A stretch of 64,000 bases of DNA from Gracilinanus agilis (GCF_016433145.1 NC_058130.1:776270791-776334790), one strand, 5' to 3'; positions 24,686 through 39,100 are shown, numbered from the stretch's first letter. The notes: a model not told the origin generated them from the sequence alone. Program-made: numbers and translations.

Positions 24686-25389
24686 TAACTAATCAGAAAC
24701 TTCTCATTTGGCTCACTTGCTAGAAGCACCCTTGGGCAGACTTTGCTCTTTACATCAGAATTCCTGAATTTGAGAGCTTTTAGTTGTTGATTTGTACACT
24801 CTACAGAGCAGCCTCATCGTCTTTTTTCAAAGGATCCCCAAACCCCACTGTTGATTTCCAGCTTAGGAGGGCTTATTGATACCATTAAGTACAACGAAAA
24901 ATGAACATTTCTAATCAGCGGATAGATATTCAGTTCCAGGCCAGAAAGTCTTTTGGGGTTTCAAGGCTGGCTCGGCCGGTGAAAACTAGAACTTCCTGAG
25001 GACCTTTCCTCTGCCCAGTCTTCTGTCACACGACTCGTGGGGTCTGTGCTGGCCTGGAAAGAATGTTAAAACGAGAAGTCAGGAAGCCTAGAGTTTGCAT
25101 GTAAGCTCTGTGACTCCACACAAGTAGTTTGTGTTTTCTGAGTCTGTTTCCTCATTTGTAAAAATGTTAAAAAAAATACTGGCAGTCTTAACCTTCCAGG
25201 GTTGTTGTGTGCATAATGTGTTCAACACGGTAGAGCATTACAGCAGAGCGAGAGGTTCTTCTCTAGTGTTTTCCCTTGAACAATCCTGGGAGAGGTAGGT
25301 TGTATAGGGACTACCATTTCCATTTTTACAGATGAGGACACTTGGGTTCAAACAGCTTAAGATTCTTGCCCAGGGAATGCCGGTCAGAT

Positions 25390-25560
25390 GTGTGGCCCAC
25401 CGCACTCTGGAGTGCAGCTTGAACTGCATTAGAATGTAATTAGGAAATATTTCACAAAATAAACAAAAATGCAGATAACATTCCATTTAGAAACTCAATT
25501 ACTATGTGCCCACAGGGGCCACAGAGGCCATCCTCCTGTATGGCTTAGTGGTCCCCACTG
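25390..25560. mobile_element. Non-autonomous hAT/Charlie-type DNA transposon remnant (family uncertain)
   Basis: Core gaatgtaattaggaaatatttcacaaaataaac shared with 31887..32215; GC-rich ggcccac/ggccac subterminal motifs, ends ...ccccactg. Confidence 0.55.
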
Positions 25561-25779
25561 GTGTAGATGATATTTATAAGAATCGGAGGTGGAATTTACC
25601 CTGGCATTTGGAGCTAACAGACCTGGCTGGGTTTGAATCCCACCCATGACACTCATTCTGTGTCCATGGGCCAGTTATTTAGGCTCCGCTATTTAAATCT
25701 CAGTTTTCTCATCTGTAAATGGAGCCAAGAATGCTCGCACTCTTAACTTTGTGAGACTATAGATCAGTTGTTTTTGTTC

Positions 25780-25990
25780 GTTTGTACGGTTATGTCTGAT
25801 GCCACATGACCCAATGGACCAACTGCCCAGGGGATTCTCGGCAAAGATACTGGAGTGGTTTGTCATTTCCTTCTCCAGTTTTATGCAAGAAAGGGTTAAG
25901 TGACTTGCCTAGGGTCACACAGCTAATTAAGTGTCTCAGTTCACATTTCAACTCTGGTCGTTCTGAGTCTAGACCCAGCATTCTACTCTC
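25780..25990 (-). mobile_element. Mar1-type SINE
   Basis: ggcaaagatactggagtggtttgtcatttccttctcc; gttaagtgacttgcctagggtcacacagct. Confidence 0.8.
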
Positions 25991-26214
25991 TGCCCTTTTG
26001 TAGATATTAAAGAGCTCTGCAAATCTGAGCTGTTGTTATCATAATCAAACCTTCTTTGTCCTCATGAAACTTAGAAGCTAATCATGAAGAAAGAACAAGC
26101 ACACATTAAGCAATGAGCACATACTTTAGGTTTAATAACAGCGATGTATGGACTTTACATTACAGAATTACAGCATTACAGAAAGTTGTCGGTTTAACAA
26201 AACTTTATTAATGT

Positions 26215-26335
26215 TCAGCTATATGACCCTGGGCAAGTCACTTCACCCCCAATGCCCAGCCCTCACCACTCTCCTGCCTTGGAACTGAGACGTAATATTG
26301 ATTCTAAGACAGAAGGTGAGGGTTTAAAAAAAAAC
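26215..26335 (+). mobile_element. 5'-truncated SINE1_Mdo-type SINE
   Basis: gaccctgggcaagtcac...gaaggtgagggtttaaaaaaaa. Confidence 0.82.
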
Positions 26336-29300
26336 CTTTATCAATGCCCCAAGCAAGATAAAAAGACGAAAAAGATAGTCCCTGCCCTCACGGAGCCTAT
26401 ATTCTACTCCTCAAACTATACAGGAGAGGTTTCCTGTCTTCACAGGCCTTACAGTATAACAGGATACAGGAAATTTCCATTGAAAGTGGATGAGTTCTGT
26501 GCCATTTGGGGGCTTCTGAGGAAGGAAAGAGCCCCAGACATAGCAGTCTGCCTATGAAGCTTACCAAGGCCAGGTCCCTGCCCTGGTGGCTGCCCACATG
26601 ATGGGCTTACATTGTGGCCCTTTGGGCAGGTTTTCATGCAGATGCGGGGGCGAGGCATTTCTTGTTTCCTTTGTTTGTATAAAGCAGAGGAAGAGAGGCC
26701 TAGACCTTGAAGCTTTTTTTGGGTTCCACTGAACTGTAGTGATGTCAGACAAATTGAACTCTGTAATTGATTGTGAAAATGTGGGAGAGCTGTGGACCCT
26801 GCGGTGGGCTTTTAGGTGTTTCCTTTTAAGAGCTCTTCCACAGAAAGCCCACATTACTCAAGCATTCGGTTCGCCACAGTATGGTAATTTTTCATCTCCA
26901 ATTTCATAAAAATGTTTACTGCCCAACCATGAGTCGGAGCGCTAAAAGCTCCCCAAACGCTCATTCTTCAAAGGACCCAAGGATTAAAGTCTCCCCTAGT
27001 AAGGCTTGACACAATAAACCCTAATAGAGCTTCTCCAAGGGAAGGGAGCCATCATGTTCCATCATGTCCATAATCCAGGGAGTGAGACAACCCCGAGCTC
27101 ACTTGGCATGGCACTAAGTTGTTGTCTTGGTGATTCTGTATTCATGACAGCCAGGCTGTCAGGACAGAAAGGTTCGTTTATTCTAAGTGATCCATTGATT
27201 CTGGCAAGGCTCTTTGGTGCTGAGACTGTGGTTTTTACCACTATTTGTGGTTTCCCACTGACAGCTCTTAAGTCAAATAGCAAAAAGCGCTCAAGAAATG
27301 CCCCTTTACCAGAGCCATTCGAGGGTTCTGGGGGAGTCTGTTCTGTCCTTGTTCTGCTAACCTCTTGGTGTGTGCGCGCATCGCATGTGTGTGGTGTGTG
27401 TGTGTGCTCACGTGTGCCCGAGGAGCTCAGTGAAACCTCACAAACAGCCCTGAAGCGCTCTTGCTGCTGAGGCCCGGCCTGGCAGGGGGATGCAGGACGC
27501 CGTTCTCGTGGAGCCCCCAGGGAGGCGGCGCGGGGGCTGTGGCGGGGCCCCCTTGTCTTTATGTGCCCCTTTGGGTTCAATCACGGGAGCTTCATCATCT
27601 AGATTTTATGGCTGAGACGCCCAGGCTTGGTAGGCACCAGCCTGAGCTGGGGTGGGCTTAGTCCCAGGCTTTGGAATTCCTCCTTCACCCATCCTGCCGT
27701 CTCTTCCATCAAAGCACACACCCAGATAACTGACACAAAGCAGGCTGGAGGGGGGGAGTGCAGCAGAGGGCTGTGACACGCCAGCACGCACTTACACAGA
27801 GATCCGTTTCAGCTCAAGGCAGAGGCAGGGAAGACATCCTAGAAGAGGTGGCCTTGGAAGGTCTTCCCAACTGAGGCCTTGAAGAAAGGGAGGCGATGAT
27901 GACCGAGAGCCCATTCCAGCACTTGTGCCTTCCCTGGGGTAGAGAGAGGCTTCCGGGATGCCTTTTGAATGGAATCAGGGCATGGATGCACGGACAGTGT
28001 GCGTGTGTACAGAGGGAAAGACAGCCCAGGAGGACAGACTGCAGGGAAGAGTTTCATTTGGGGAAAGCGCAGAATATTGAGTGGGATCACGTTAGAAGGG
28101 AGAGTTGGCTTGTGGAGAGCCTGGCATGGCAGCCTGGCATGGCAGGGTCCGGAGCCTCTGCAGCTGGCAGTAAAGAACCACTGACCGTTTGTGAAGAGCC
28201 GAGCCAAGCGAGCAGAGCAGGCAGGAGAGGCGTCGGATGGAGGGAAGGTCAGGGAGGGGGAGTGTCAGGGCACGAGGAGGTGAGGCCTACAAACAGAGGA
28301 CACTCACCCTAAGAATGGCGGGGGCAGAGGATCTAACCAAGGGGAATTGGTAGCCCTGGGCAGCTGTGGACTTGGGAGCCGGGGAGAGCTGGGACAACAA
28401 GATGAGTCCAGCCATTGGTGCCCTCCGCAGAAAGAGAATCGGAGCGAGGGCCGGACACCAAGTCAGGTCTGCCTTGGAAACTGGCCAGCCACGTGATCCT
28501 GGTCAAGTCACTTAACCCCCAAGTGTACTCATCTGTGAAGTATTATAGCACCTCCTCAAAGTGTTGTTCAGGATCAAATGAGGCAGTAAATCTACAGGAA
28601 GCCGTCCTGGTTCCTCCTGCCCCGGCTCCGCTAATCACGCCTGACCCCCCAACCATCGATTTTGTTGAGGCAGTGAGGTGGCACCAAGCGCAGAGCTCCG
28701 GCCCTGCAGGCTGGCCGCCCAGAATTCAGACTCGGCCTTGGCGCTTCCCGGCTGTGGGAGCCTGGGCTCATCATTTCACCTTTGTCTACCTCGCTTTCCT
28801 CACCTGTAAAATGGCCACAATCCCGGCGCTCCTCTCGGGGCTGCTGTGATAAGAGGAAATGAGGCATGCACGAAGCAGTTCGCAGACCTTAGCGGGACCC
28901 CCGTGGGCACACGGTCAGCGTCCCCCCGGCCTCCCCCAGCTAGAGGTGAGCTCCGTAAAGTCAGGCTCCGCTTCACGCCTGGCTTCATCCGGACTGCTTG
29001 CCGGCCCTCCTGGCTCAGAAACCTGGAGAGGGCTCTGGAGCCTGCCCCGGCCTCTCTCGCTCTTCTCCCCCACTCTGGGCTGTGCCCCCTCCCATCCGGG
29101 CTGACCGTTTGGTGCAGCACATGCGCTGCTCAGTCCTCCTCCCCCCAGCCCCCCGCTGCCTCCCTGGTCCTGCTGGCCGCCTGGCCGTCCCGTGGGACTT
29201 CTCCTGGGGTGCGTCCTTCCGTTCATGTGAGCTGCCGCGGGGTACAGAGCCTGCTCCCCGCCCGAGCTCTGCCCCCTCTGGGTCGAGGCCCTCCATCATG

Positions 29301-29372
29301 CTGGAGCAGCCCAGACGCGGACGTGCTTCTGGGGCGCCCCATTCAGCAGGATGCCTTTTCTTCTTCTTTTAG

Positions 29373-29447
29373 TTCACCATCAAGCCTCTGGATAAGAAGA
29401 TCGACGTCTTTAAGTTCAACTCCTCCAAACTGCGGGTGAATAAGCTG
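29373..29447 (+). CDS. NF2: NF2 exon 9
   Basis: tag|TTCACC...AAGCTG|gtaagt; FTIKPLDKKIDVFKFNSSKLRVNKL; 75 nt. Confidence 0.99.
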
Positions 29448-29676
29448 GTAAGTTGAGGCCCGAATTTTGCAGCTTCAACACCTAGTGTGATTTCAGAAAA
29501 AAGCTAACCGTTTCCTTGATAGCGAGTGCCCGAATGCCGTCCCCGTGAGCTGGAGGAACGGGTCGAGGAGCCCCCCGCGTCCCCCCAGCCCTAGAGAGGG
29601 CGGCGTGGCTGTCCTGTGCAGAATAGAGACGTGGCCGGAGCTCCTGCCCCGCTCCTGCGGGCCCCAAGAAGTGTGA

Positions 29677-30126
<450 letters not shown>

Positions 30127-30707
30127 TGATGAGGCTGCGCTGACTTCCCTGCGGGTCAGTCCGGTGCTGGCCACAGCCCATCCCTGGCAGCGGCCTGCAG
30201 CCAGCGAGCCGCGTCAGCAGATTGGATGGTCCAGTCTTGGTTTGGGGCTCGTGAGGCTGCCCTCCTCGCTGAAACCCACCAGCGGTCACGCTTCTGGCCA
30301 GGCCACCAGAGAGCGCAGCCAGCTGCGAGCCGCCGGGACTCGTCCTGGGTTGGCCCACTGCGGCGCCCAGACAGGCTTAGCACCCATTCCTGTGTGTGGC
30401 GCGGCGCCCACGGGCTCGGTGTGCACCTGCAGTGGCCGATTCCCAGAGGGGGGCAAGGCCAGGCTCCGTGGAGCCGTGGGAGCCCCACTTCAGAACAAGG
30501 CCTCGATGCATGGAGAAGGGAGGCCTGCCGGGGGCGGGGGTGAGCGGTGGAGGAGGAGGAGAATGAGATTAGAGAGCTGTGTTTTCCAGGCAGATTCCAG
30601 GATGGCGTCTTCATCCAAGCTGCATTCTGAGAAGCCGCACGTTATTTAGTCTTGGGAATAGATCGAAGCAGTAATGCGAACCATTCCCTTAATGACGAAG
30701 GAGGAAG

Positions 30708-30905
30708 GGGCCACTGGGTGGCTCAGGGGACAGAGAACCAGGCCTAGAGACAGGAGGGCCTCGCTTCACATTTGACCTCAGATACTTCCGAGCTGTGACC
30801 CTGGGCAAGTCACTTGACCCCCGCTGCCTGGCCCTTATAGCTCTTCTGCCTTGGAGCTGGTACTTCCCATCAACTCTGAGACAGAAGATAAGAGTTGTTT
30901 AAAAG
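30708..30905 (+). mobile_element. SINE1_Mdo-type SINE (diverged)
   Basis: ggggccactgggtggctcagg...gagttgtttaaaagaaaaag. Confidence 0.82.
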
Positions 30906-31886
30906 AAAAAGAAAGTCAGCTCGGACCCCAGGATCACAGACCTTGTCCCGTGTTTATTCCTTTATTCAGCTCAGTGTGCACTCCAGTTAGCAGAGGTACC
31001 CAGAGGGTGCTGACGTGGGATGGGTCCTTTGTAGGGAGACGGCCCAGCGCTCCCAGCCCGGGATCCTGCCCTGATGCTGCCGCTGGTCCTCGGGCAGTGC
31101 CGTGGGGAGGGGTGGGGGGGTGCGAGTGATTCCAGGGCCTTCCCATGACACCTACTGGGGAGCTGCACTTGTCGGGCCTCAAGGTGTCGGGGCCCTTCTA
31201 GGGCTCTTACCTCTAGAGCACAGCCTGTGGGAGAATGGCTGGGCGAGTTCTGACCCAGCGGGGGAGAAGCGGGCACTGATGTGATGAGGGTCACAGGGCA
31301 CTGTTGGCTTCTGCAGGCAAGAGACCTACCTTGGACAAATGGCATGGCTCAGTTTCCTTATCTGTAAAAGGGTCTTGCTAATACGGTGCCCTTCGCTCTG
31401 CCAGGCTTGGTGGAGGCCCAGCCAAACCAGGTATACGACAGGTTCTGTCAGCCATCTCACTGCGACGGGGTGGCGACCGGCAGAGCCTCACAGACAGGCG
31501 GTGTGTCTGCGGAGTGCAGCGCTTCTCGGTCTCCTGGACAGCTCCCCGTCTGGCTCCTCTCGCTTCCGGCCCGTCGCTGCCCCACCTTGCTCTGCACCTC
31601 ACTGCCTTCTGCTTTGGGTCAGCCTGCCACTGACCTGGGATTTCTGAAGGGGGGCGTCTCCTTCCACCAACGCAGATTTCCACCCTCCGAGGGGCCTAAC
31701 CTTTGTCTAATGGTCCTCCCACAGTCCTGGGCTCAGCCCTCGAGCTGCCACGCCATGCCCATTCTCATTTCATACTGCACCCATGTTACAGTACAAGCGT
31801 ACACTACTGTTATTTTCTACTTAGTATTGTAAATCTTGGGTGTTTACACATTAGAATTTGCAACTCAAAATAGTTATAGCCTTAAT

Positions 31887-32215
31887 CAGAGATGTCAGAG
31901 CCCATAGACAGGAATCAGATTAAAATGAAATTGGGAGGGAGCAGCTGGGTAGCTCAGTGGATTGAGAGTCAGGCCTAGAGACAGGAGGTCCTAGGTTCAA
32001 GTCTGGCCTCAGACACTTCTCACTGTGTGACCCTGGGCAAGTCACTTGACCCCCATTGCCCACCCTTACCAATCTTCCACCTAGGAGCCAATACACAGTA
32101 TTGACTCCAAGACGGAAGGTGAGGGTTTATTAAAAAAAATAGAATTGGGAAATATTTAACAAAATAAATAAAAATATAGTAAAACGACTTTTGAATTTAG
32201 ACATTTTCTCTATTT
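31887..32215. mobile_element. hAT-type MITE remnant interrupted by SINE 31937..32142 (+)
   Basis: TIR-like cagagatgtca; core cagattaaaatgaaattggga|aatatttaacaaaataaat split by a SINE with TSD aattggga (31929-31936, 32143-32150). Confidence 0.6.
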
Positions 32216-32599
32216 GCACTGCCTCTCAAGCCTCTCCAAAACAGAAATAGGTACCCAAAGATAAAGCAACTTCAGCTATTTTCCTGGTCTAGGACGAAAT
32301 TAAAAAACAATCCTCCCAAACCCATGAACTCTCTCTCACAGAACCTGGGCTCACCCATCATCCCTTCCCACCTCCCACCAAGAGCAAGGTTGCAGTACCG
32401 AGGATGTGATGCTGGTCTGCAGCAAAACCCACCCTTGGGCCCTGGTCCCCTCTCCTTCTTTCTAGAACTGTAAAGACCCCAGCTCCAAGTTCTGCAAGAT
32501 TTTTTTGGGCCTCGTAGCCCTCTTGTCCACAAGCCTTCAAGGAGCAAAAGCCTTCCAGGAGCTACAATGGGAAAGCACCAGTGCTGGGCCAATATTGCC

Positions 32600-32765
32600 T
32601 AGCTGTATGATCCTGGGCAGGTCATTTAATCTGTTTGCCTCAGTTTCCTCATCTGTAAAATGGAGATGATGATAGCGCCTACCTCCCAGGGCTGTTGTGA
32701 GGATTCGTGTGATAATAATTATAAAGTGCTTAGCACAATGCCTGGCACATAACATTAATACATGT
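32600..32765 (+). mobile_element. MIR SINE
   Basis: cctcagtttcctcatctgtaaaatgg...gcacaatgcctggcacataa. Confidence 0.85.
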
Positions 32766-33279
32766 TAGCTGATAATACTATATTAATTATATAAAAATAC
32801 CATATAATTAAGTATTAACAATACTTACATAACAATATATTACGTAGTGATAATAATTGGCATTACTCTGGAAACGAGGCACAGTGGAAAAGGGGAATCA
32901 ATAGGGTGAACACTATAAAGCAATGCCGGAAAGTGCCTAGAGGGGGAGGCCTAGAATGAATACTTTGGAAGCTTCAATAGCCCAAAGAATATAGGTAAGA
33001 ACAGATCATTAAAGGAGTTGTGAATCAGAGAATGGGGGTCTAGAGTAAATAGAAAGAGAAGGTAGTGGAGAGAGTCAGAGAAATCCTTTTTGGAAAGGGG
33101 CCCAAAAAATGAAATTTAAGAATTAAGGAACAAGACTAGTTGAAGGAAAGAAGAGAATGGAGGAATATCAAACAATATAAGGGATCAGTGGTGAGAAGAG
33201 AGCTGGGGAACAGCCACTTCAAACCAAGGCCAAGATAACTGAAGGATCATAAGAAGGATGGCCACGGCAGAAGAGAGAA

Positions 33280-34010
33280 CTTGAATCTGAAAAGCTTCTG
33301 CCCGAGGATAAAAAAGGAAGTGATCCAATAGGGGAGAAAATCTTTGTATTGGATTTCTCTGATAAGGGCTTGGTATCCAAGATATTTAAACTTTAATTAT
33401 TATTATTTGTGACGAAAAGCCATTCCTCAGTAGATAAACAAACGCTATGAACAATCACTTCTCAAAAGAATTGCAAAGTATTCACAACCATGTGAAAAAA
33501 TACTCCAAATCCCTACTAAAAAAAGAACTGTAAATCAGAACAACCCAGAAGTGTCTCCTCTCACCTGTCAAATTGGCAAAAATGGCAACAATCAGCCTTG
33601 GAAAAGTTGTGGAAGAAAGGCGCATTAATGCACCATGGGTGGAGCTGTGAAATGGCATGGCCATTTGGGAATGAAATTTGGAATGATGCAAATAGAGTGA
33701 CTAAATGTTCATACTCCTTGAACCAGACACTCCATTACTGAACTTGTACCCCAAGGCAGCCATCACCAAAAGAGTCTGCGTGCGCTCTCTGTAATGGCAG
33801 CACTTTTCGTGATGGCCAAGAACTGGAGGCAAAGCAGACGTCTGTCGACTGGAGGATAGCTAACCAAACTGGTTCACGAATGTAGTGGGACGTGGCCGAG
33901 CTATAAGAAACAATGTGTGATGAACGAGGAGACGCCTGGAAAGAGCTACATGAAGCAATACAGAGGGGAGTCAGCAGGGCCAAGGAAAAAACACCCACCC
34001 ACACCCTGAC
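33280..34010 (+). mobile_element. L1 ORF2 3' fragment, 3' half CpG-enriched
   Basis: Collinear with the L1 at 8700-9400 (gcagcactttt..gtg..gcaaagaactgg; gctataagaaa). Confidence 0.8.
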
Positions 34011-34387
34011 CGGAAGTCAGCGGTGCCAAGCTCAAACAAGACTCCAGTGAAGAGAGGTGGGAAGACACCTGGTGGAGGGGGAGGTCCACAGGGCCACCCA
34101 CGCCACGGGTCTTCAGACTTTCTCGGTGCTCATTTTTTCCTCTCTAAAAATTACTTGTTATATGAGTTGGCTTTTGGGGAGGCAGAGGGATATGCAGGAC
34201 ACTACGGTAATAAAAGAAGCTGAAAACATTATGGAATGATTGAATGCAGTGCAATATAGATAATGATGCTTTGAGGTTTTTTAAATCCATCTTCAGAAGT
34301 CACAGGGATCTGCTTGTGGACAGGCCTGCTCCAGATTCCTTATCACCTGTTATCTGCCATTCTGAGTCTTTTCTCCCTCACCTCTAG

Positions 34388-34540
<153 letters not shown>

Positions 34541-35261
34541 TGACTACACTTTGTGACATCACAGTGTGATAGAAAGAACAGGGATTGGACCCTCAAGGAT
34601 CTGGGTTCTAGAGCTGCTTCAGTTTCAGCTTATCTAACATGGGTTGGCAGAAGTCCGTTGGATGGTCCCTTTCGTCTATAAATCCTGACGTGCTTCTTTG
34701 GCTATTGCCATTGGGCCTTTTTGATCGGGTGCAATTTGAAGTCCTCTTAGAGTAGGAGTTGTCATTACCACCCTGGCATCCAAGAGGACCCTGTTGAATC
34801 TTGCCCAGGGTTTAGGATAGGCTTGGTCCCTTCCAGTCATGTGATTCTCTTGTGGCCTAATAACCCTCCTTTGGAGGATTGGATCTTCAAGGGACCAGAG
34901 ACACTCCCTGGGAGGGTGCACTCAGACTCAGCTTCACTCTTTTTGCTGTAATTTTGCTGTATGTGTGTATTTCTCCATTGTTATCAGAAGCAGATGTAGA
35001 CTCAGTTCTTCAAGTTTTACTACTTCTTGTTGAGACCTTTTGTTTTCATCCAATTTATTGCCAACTTTATTCTTTTCCCACTTCCCTTGGAGCAAAGAAC
35101 GAAAAAGTTCAAAGTAGAGGGCAGTTCAAACAAATCACCCATGTCTGACAGTGTCTGCAGTATTCTGCACCTCTAACTCCCCACTTCTGCACCAAGGGGA
35201 GAACAGACTTTTCTCCACTCTGCTTCAGGCTAAAGCTCGCTTATTAGAATTACCCAGTGTT

Positions 35262-35935
35262 CTTTTGTTGTGGTTCAGTTGGATCGACTCCTCATGATCT
35301 CATGGACCACAGCACTCCAGACCCTTCTGTCCTCCACTAGGGGACAGTGGAGGAGACTTGGGAGACAAAGTCCCTCCGTGTTCATGCTTATTGCTTCCGT
35401 GGCACTCTCCATCTCAGCCTCTGCCGATCTTCTTTCTCATTATGTGGCGAGTGTATTTAAGCTTCAGCTTCAGTATTTGCCCTTCCAATGAATAGTCTGA
35501 ATGAATTTTTTTTTAAGTATTGACTGATATGATCTCCTTGGTGTCCAAGGGATTCTCAGAAGTCTTCTCTAGCACCGTGATTCGAAAGCATCAATTCTGC
35601 GGCACTCAGCTTTCCTTACAGCCCAACTCTCAGAACCATATATTACTACTGGAAAAAAACATCGCTTTGATTATACAGGCTTTGTCGGCAAGGTGATATC
35701 TCTGCTTTTTAGTATGCTGTCCAGATTTGCCACAGCTTTCCTTCCAAGGAGTAAATGTCTTTTAATTTCATGGCTGCAGTCACTGTCTGCAGTGATCTTT
35801 GAGTCCAAGAATATAAAATCTGACACAGCTTCCATTTCTTCTCCCTCTCTTGGCCAGGAAGTGGGGGACCAGGCGCCAAGGTCTTAGGTTTGTTTTTTTA
35901 ATGGCAAGCTTAAAGCCTGCTTTTACACTCTCTTA
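35262..35935 (-). mobile_element. BovB (RTE clade) 5'-truncated fragment
   Basis: Minus-strand translation EMEAVSDFIFLDSKITADSDCSHEIKRHLLLGRKAVANLDSILKSRDITLPTK closely matches BovB ORF; typical 3' end gttcagttggatcgactc..atggaccacagcactccag. Confidence 0.9.
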
Positions 35936-36109
35936 ATTTTTCTTCACCTTCTGCCACATTTGCTCTCATCATATATATTTTTTTCTTCTTTTCCCTTATT
36001 TTACTGTTCCTGTATAGGAAGATGATACATGTAACTCCTAAGAACTTTATCACTATTGGGGCAGTTAAAAGGAGTCTGTTGGCAGAGGACATGGATGTGA
36101 ATCAGTTAT

Positions 36110-39100
36110 GCTAAAATGATCTCTAAAAAAAATAAATTAAGGGGCGAGAAAGAGGAATGCTCAGGGAGATGGGGGAAGGGAGAGCTAGAAAGGGGAAAAT
36201 TTTCTAATATGAAAGTGGCACGCAAGGAAGAGCTTTTATAGTGGAAGGGAAAATGGTCTGTCTGATCAATACAATGATCCATGACAGTTCCAGAGGACTC
36301 AGGATGAGAAAATAAAATGCTCTCCACTTCCAGAGAGAGAACTGATGAACTCTGAGTGCAAATTGAAATATCATTTTCTTTCTTCTTTCTTTTCTTCTCC
36401 TTTGTTTTGCATGACTTCATATGTATAATTGATATCATATTGTTTGCCTTCTCAGTGGGTAAGAAGGGCTAGGAGGCAGGAAGGGAATCAGGAACTCAAT
36501 TTAAAAAGAAAAGAATGTAAAAAATAAATAGTAAATAAATTTTAGGAAAAAAAGAAAATGCTATTTATTCCCTTGCTTTTCTAGTGATTTTTTAAAAAAT
36601 AAGAATTAATATCGTATTTTTTCAAAAAGCTTTTTCTGCATTTCCTGAAATAATCATGATTTTTTAGTTGTTTTCATTATTAATATGGTCAGTTATATTT
36701 ATAGTTTTCCCAATATCGAACCCTGCATTCCTGACCAAAAGCCAGCATTGTCTGTAATAGGGACAAGTTAGTTAAGAAGCTTTTCCCATAAAATCAGGAG
36801 TGAAGCAAAGTTGTTCATAATCACCATTAATATTCAGTAACCAGTATTATCATAGTGATAATCTTTGTGATATTCCTATGGTCTCCTTACCGATACTTTA
36901 TTTAAAAATTTTAAATGTAATTTAAAATTAGAGAAATTGTTCTTTAGTTTTCTTTCTCTATTTTATTTCTTTCTGGTTTCAGGATCAAGATATATTTATG
37001 CTATAGAAAGAGTTTGGTAGGACCCATTACCTATTTCTTTCAGTTTATGTAGTATTAGAATTAATTATTCTTTAAATATTTGGTAGAATTCACTTGTAAA
37101 TCCATCGCATCCTGTTTTTTTTTTTCCTTTTGGAAGCTCATTTATTATTCATTTTCTTTTTCTAAGATAAGGTTATTTATGTCCTGTTCTATTGAGCTAG
37201 ACAATTTCTATTTTGGTAAATATCCATTTCATTTATATTATCATTTTCCTCTTTTTTTTTAGCATTTTGACTTTTTAAAAAATTATTCTTTGATTTCTCA
37301 TGAATTCATTAGCTTCCATTTGGCTAGTCCTATTTTTCAATAAGTTATTTTCTTCAATAAGGTTTTGTACATCTTTCTGAGCTGTTAATCTTCATGTCCT
37401 TCTTCTCTACTTTTACTGTTTCTCCATCTACCTTTTTTTTTTTTTTTTTTTGTCCTGGAATTAATACTGTGTATTGGTTTCAAGGCAGAGTGGTAAAGGC
37501 TAGGCAATAGGGGTTAAGTGACTTGCCCAGGGTCACATAGCTAGGAAGTATCTGAAGCCAGATTTGAACCCAGGACCTCCTGCCTCTAAGCCTACATCTC
37601 AATCCACTGAGCCACCTAGCTGTCCCCTCTCCCTCTACTGATTTTTTTTTTAATTAAAAAAATTTTTTTTATCTAAAATTTATTTTAAAATTATTTTTTA
37701 GCTCTTTTGAAAACCTTAGCTTCATCTCTTCTGGGTATTCTTGTTGGTCTTATGACTAAGACCCATTTTTCTTTGAGACTTTGGGGTTTGTTTGATTTTT
37801 GAGTCTTCTTTTCTTTGAATCCTGAGCATCCCTTTAGCTACAATAGCTGTTTGTGCAGGGATTCTTCTTTTGATTGTTCATTCCTTGAGTCAATTTTTTT
37901 TTACTTTGGTTTGTTGTTAGTGCCAAATCTATATACTTCTTGGGGGATAGAAGGGGATAGTCAGCCTGAGCTACTGACCTTTTGTGTCTGTTTTCTGCTT
38001 GCTACTTTCATAACTCAGGCTGAAAGCTGCAAGCTTTCAGGGCCCCCAAAGAAATGTAATCCAGAATAAGCTCTGCTCACTGCCCTCTGGCCTGAGCTTT
38101 GCAAGTTCCAGGCCTGGGTTTCAGTCTGCTCTACTTGTCTCTTATTGGGAGTTTCAGCAGCCTCTACTGACTCCCCAGGAGGTTCTGTGAATTCAGAGTG
38201 TCTGACCTGCCAAACTCCTCTTTGGTCTGGGATGATGCCGTCCCTGCCTCATCTCCTGGGGTCAGAGCCACACGACTGCTCTTTGTTCCCCAGAACTTGT
38301 TCCTTACTCGATACCCAGCTAGGGCCAACACGATTGCTTCTCTCCACCCTGGATCTATGACCTGCAGCCCACAGAGCTACCCAGTGGCTCCCATTCCTTC
38401 TCCAAGCTCTTGTTATCTCCTGGAATCTATGCTTCCTGCTCTGGTCCATTTTCTTGATCCTTTCTCAGTCTTTGGGTGCTAGAATGCTTCCTGCCACCTA
38501 CTGCTTCTACACACACTCCTGGCCATCCTCCATCCCTGATGTTCACCCACAAACTGCTGGACCTATCTCCTTAAATCATGCTGGGCTAGAAAAATCACAC
38601 TCTGTGACTTTTTCTGGAATTTCCTTATGAAAATTCACTCCAATGCATCTTCTAGATCTTTGTGGAGGTTTTGGTGGGTGGAGAACTAAACTAATGCTTC
38701 CTCTCCCTCCACCATCTTCACTCCTTCCTGCATGCTTGTCTTACAACTCTTTCTTTTAGTATAGCATGAAAGTTATCCTTTCCCCAGCAATACATATGGG
38801 TTTCCCCAAATATTGTTCTTTCCAGTAGGGTAGGGGGGGTGAAAGCTGTCCTCTCATTTCCTTTTTTTTAATTATCTTTAAATATTTTAATTTTTTCCCA
38901 ATGACATGTAAAAACAGTTTTTAACATTAATTTTCTAAAAATTAGAGTTCCAAATTCTCTCCATCCTTACCTCTCCCTATTGTAAAGGCAAACAATTTTA
39001 TAGAGGGTATACATGTGATATCATGCAAAATATAATTACATATTGGTCATGTTATAGAAGAAGATACATATTAAAAAAAGAAACCATGAAGAAAACAAAG

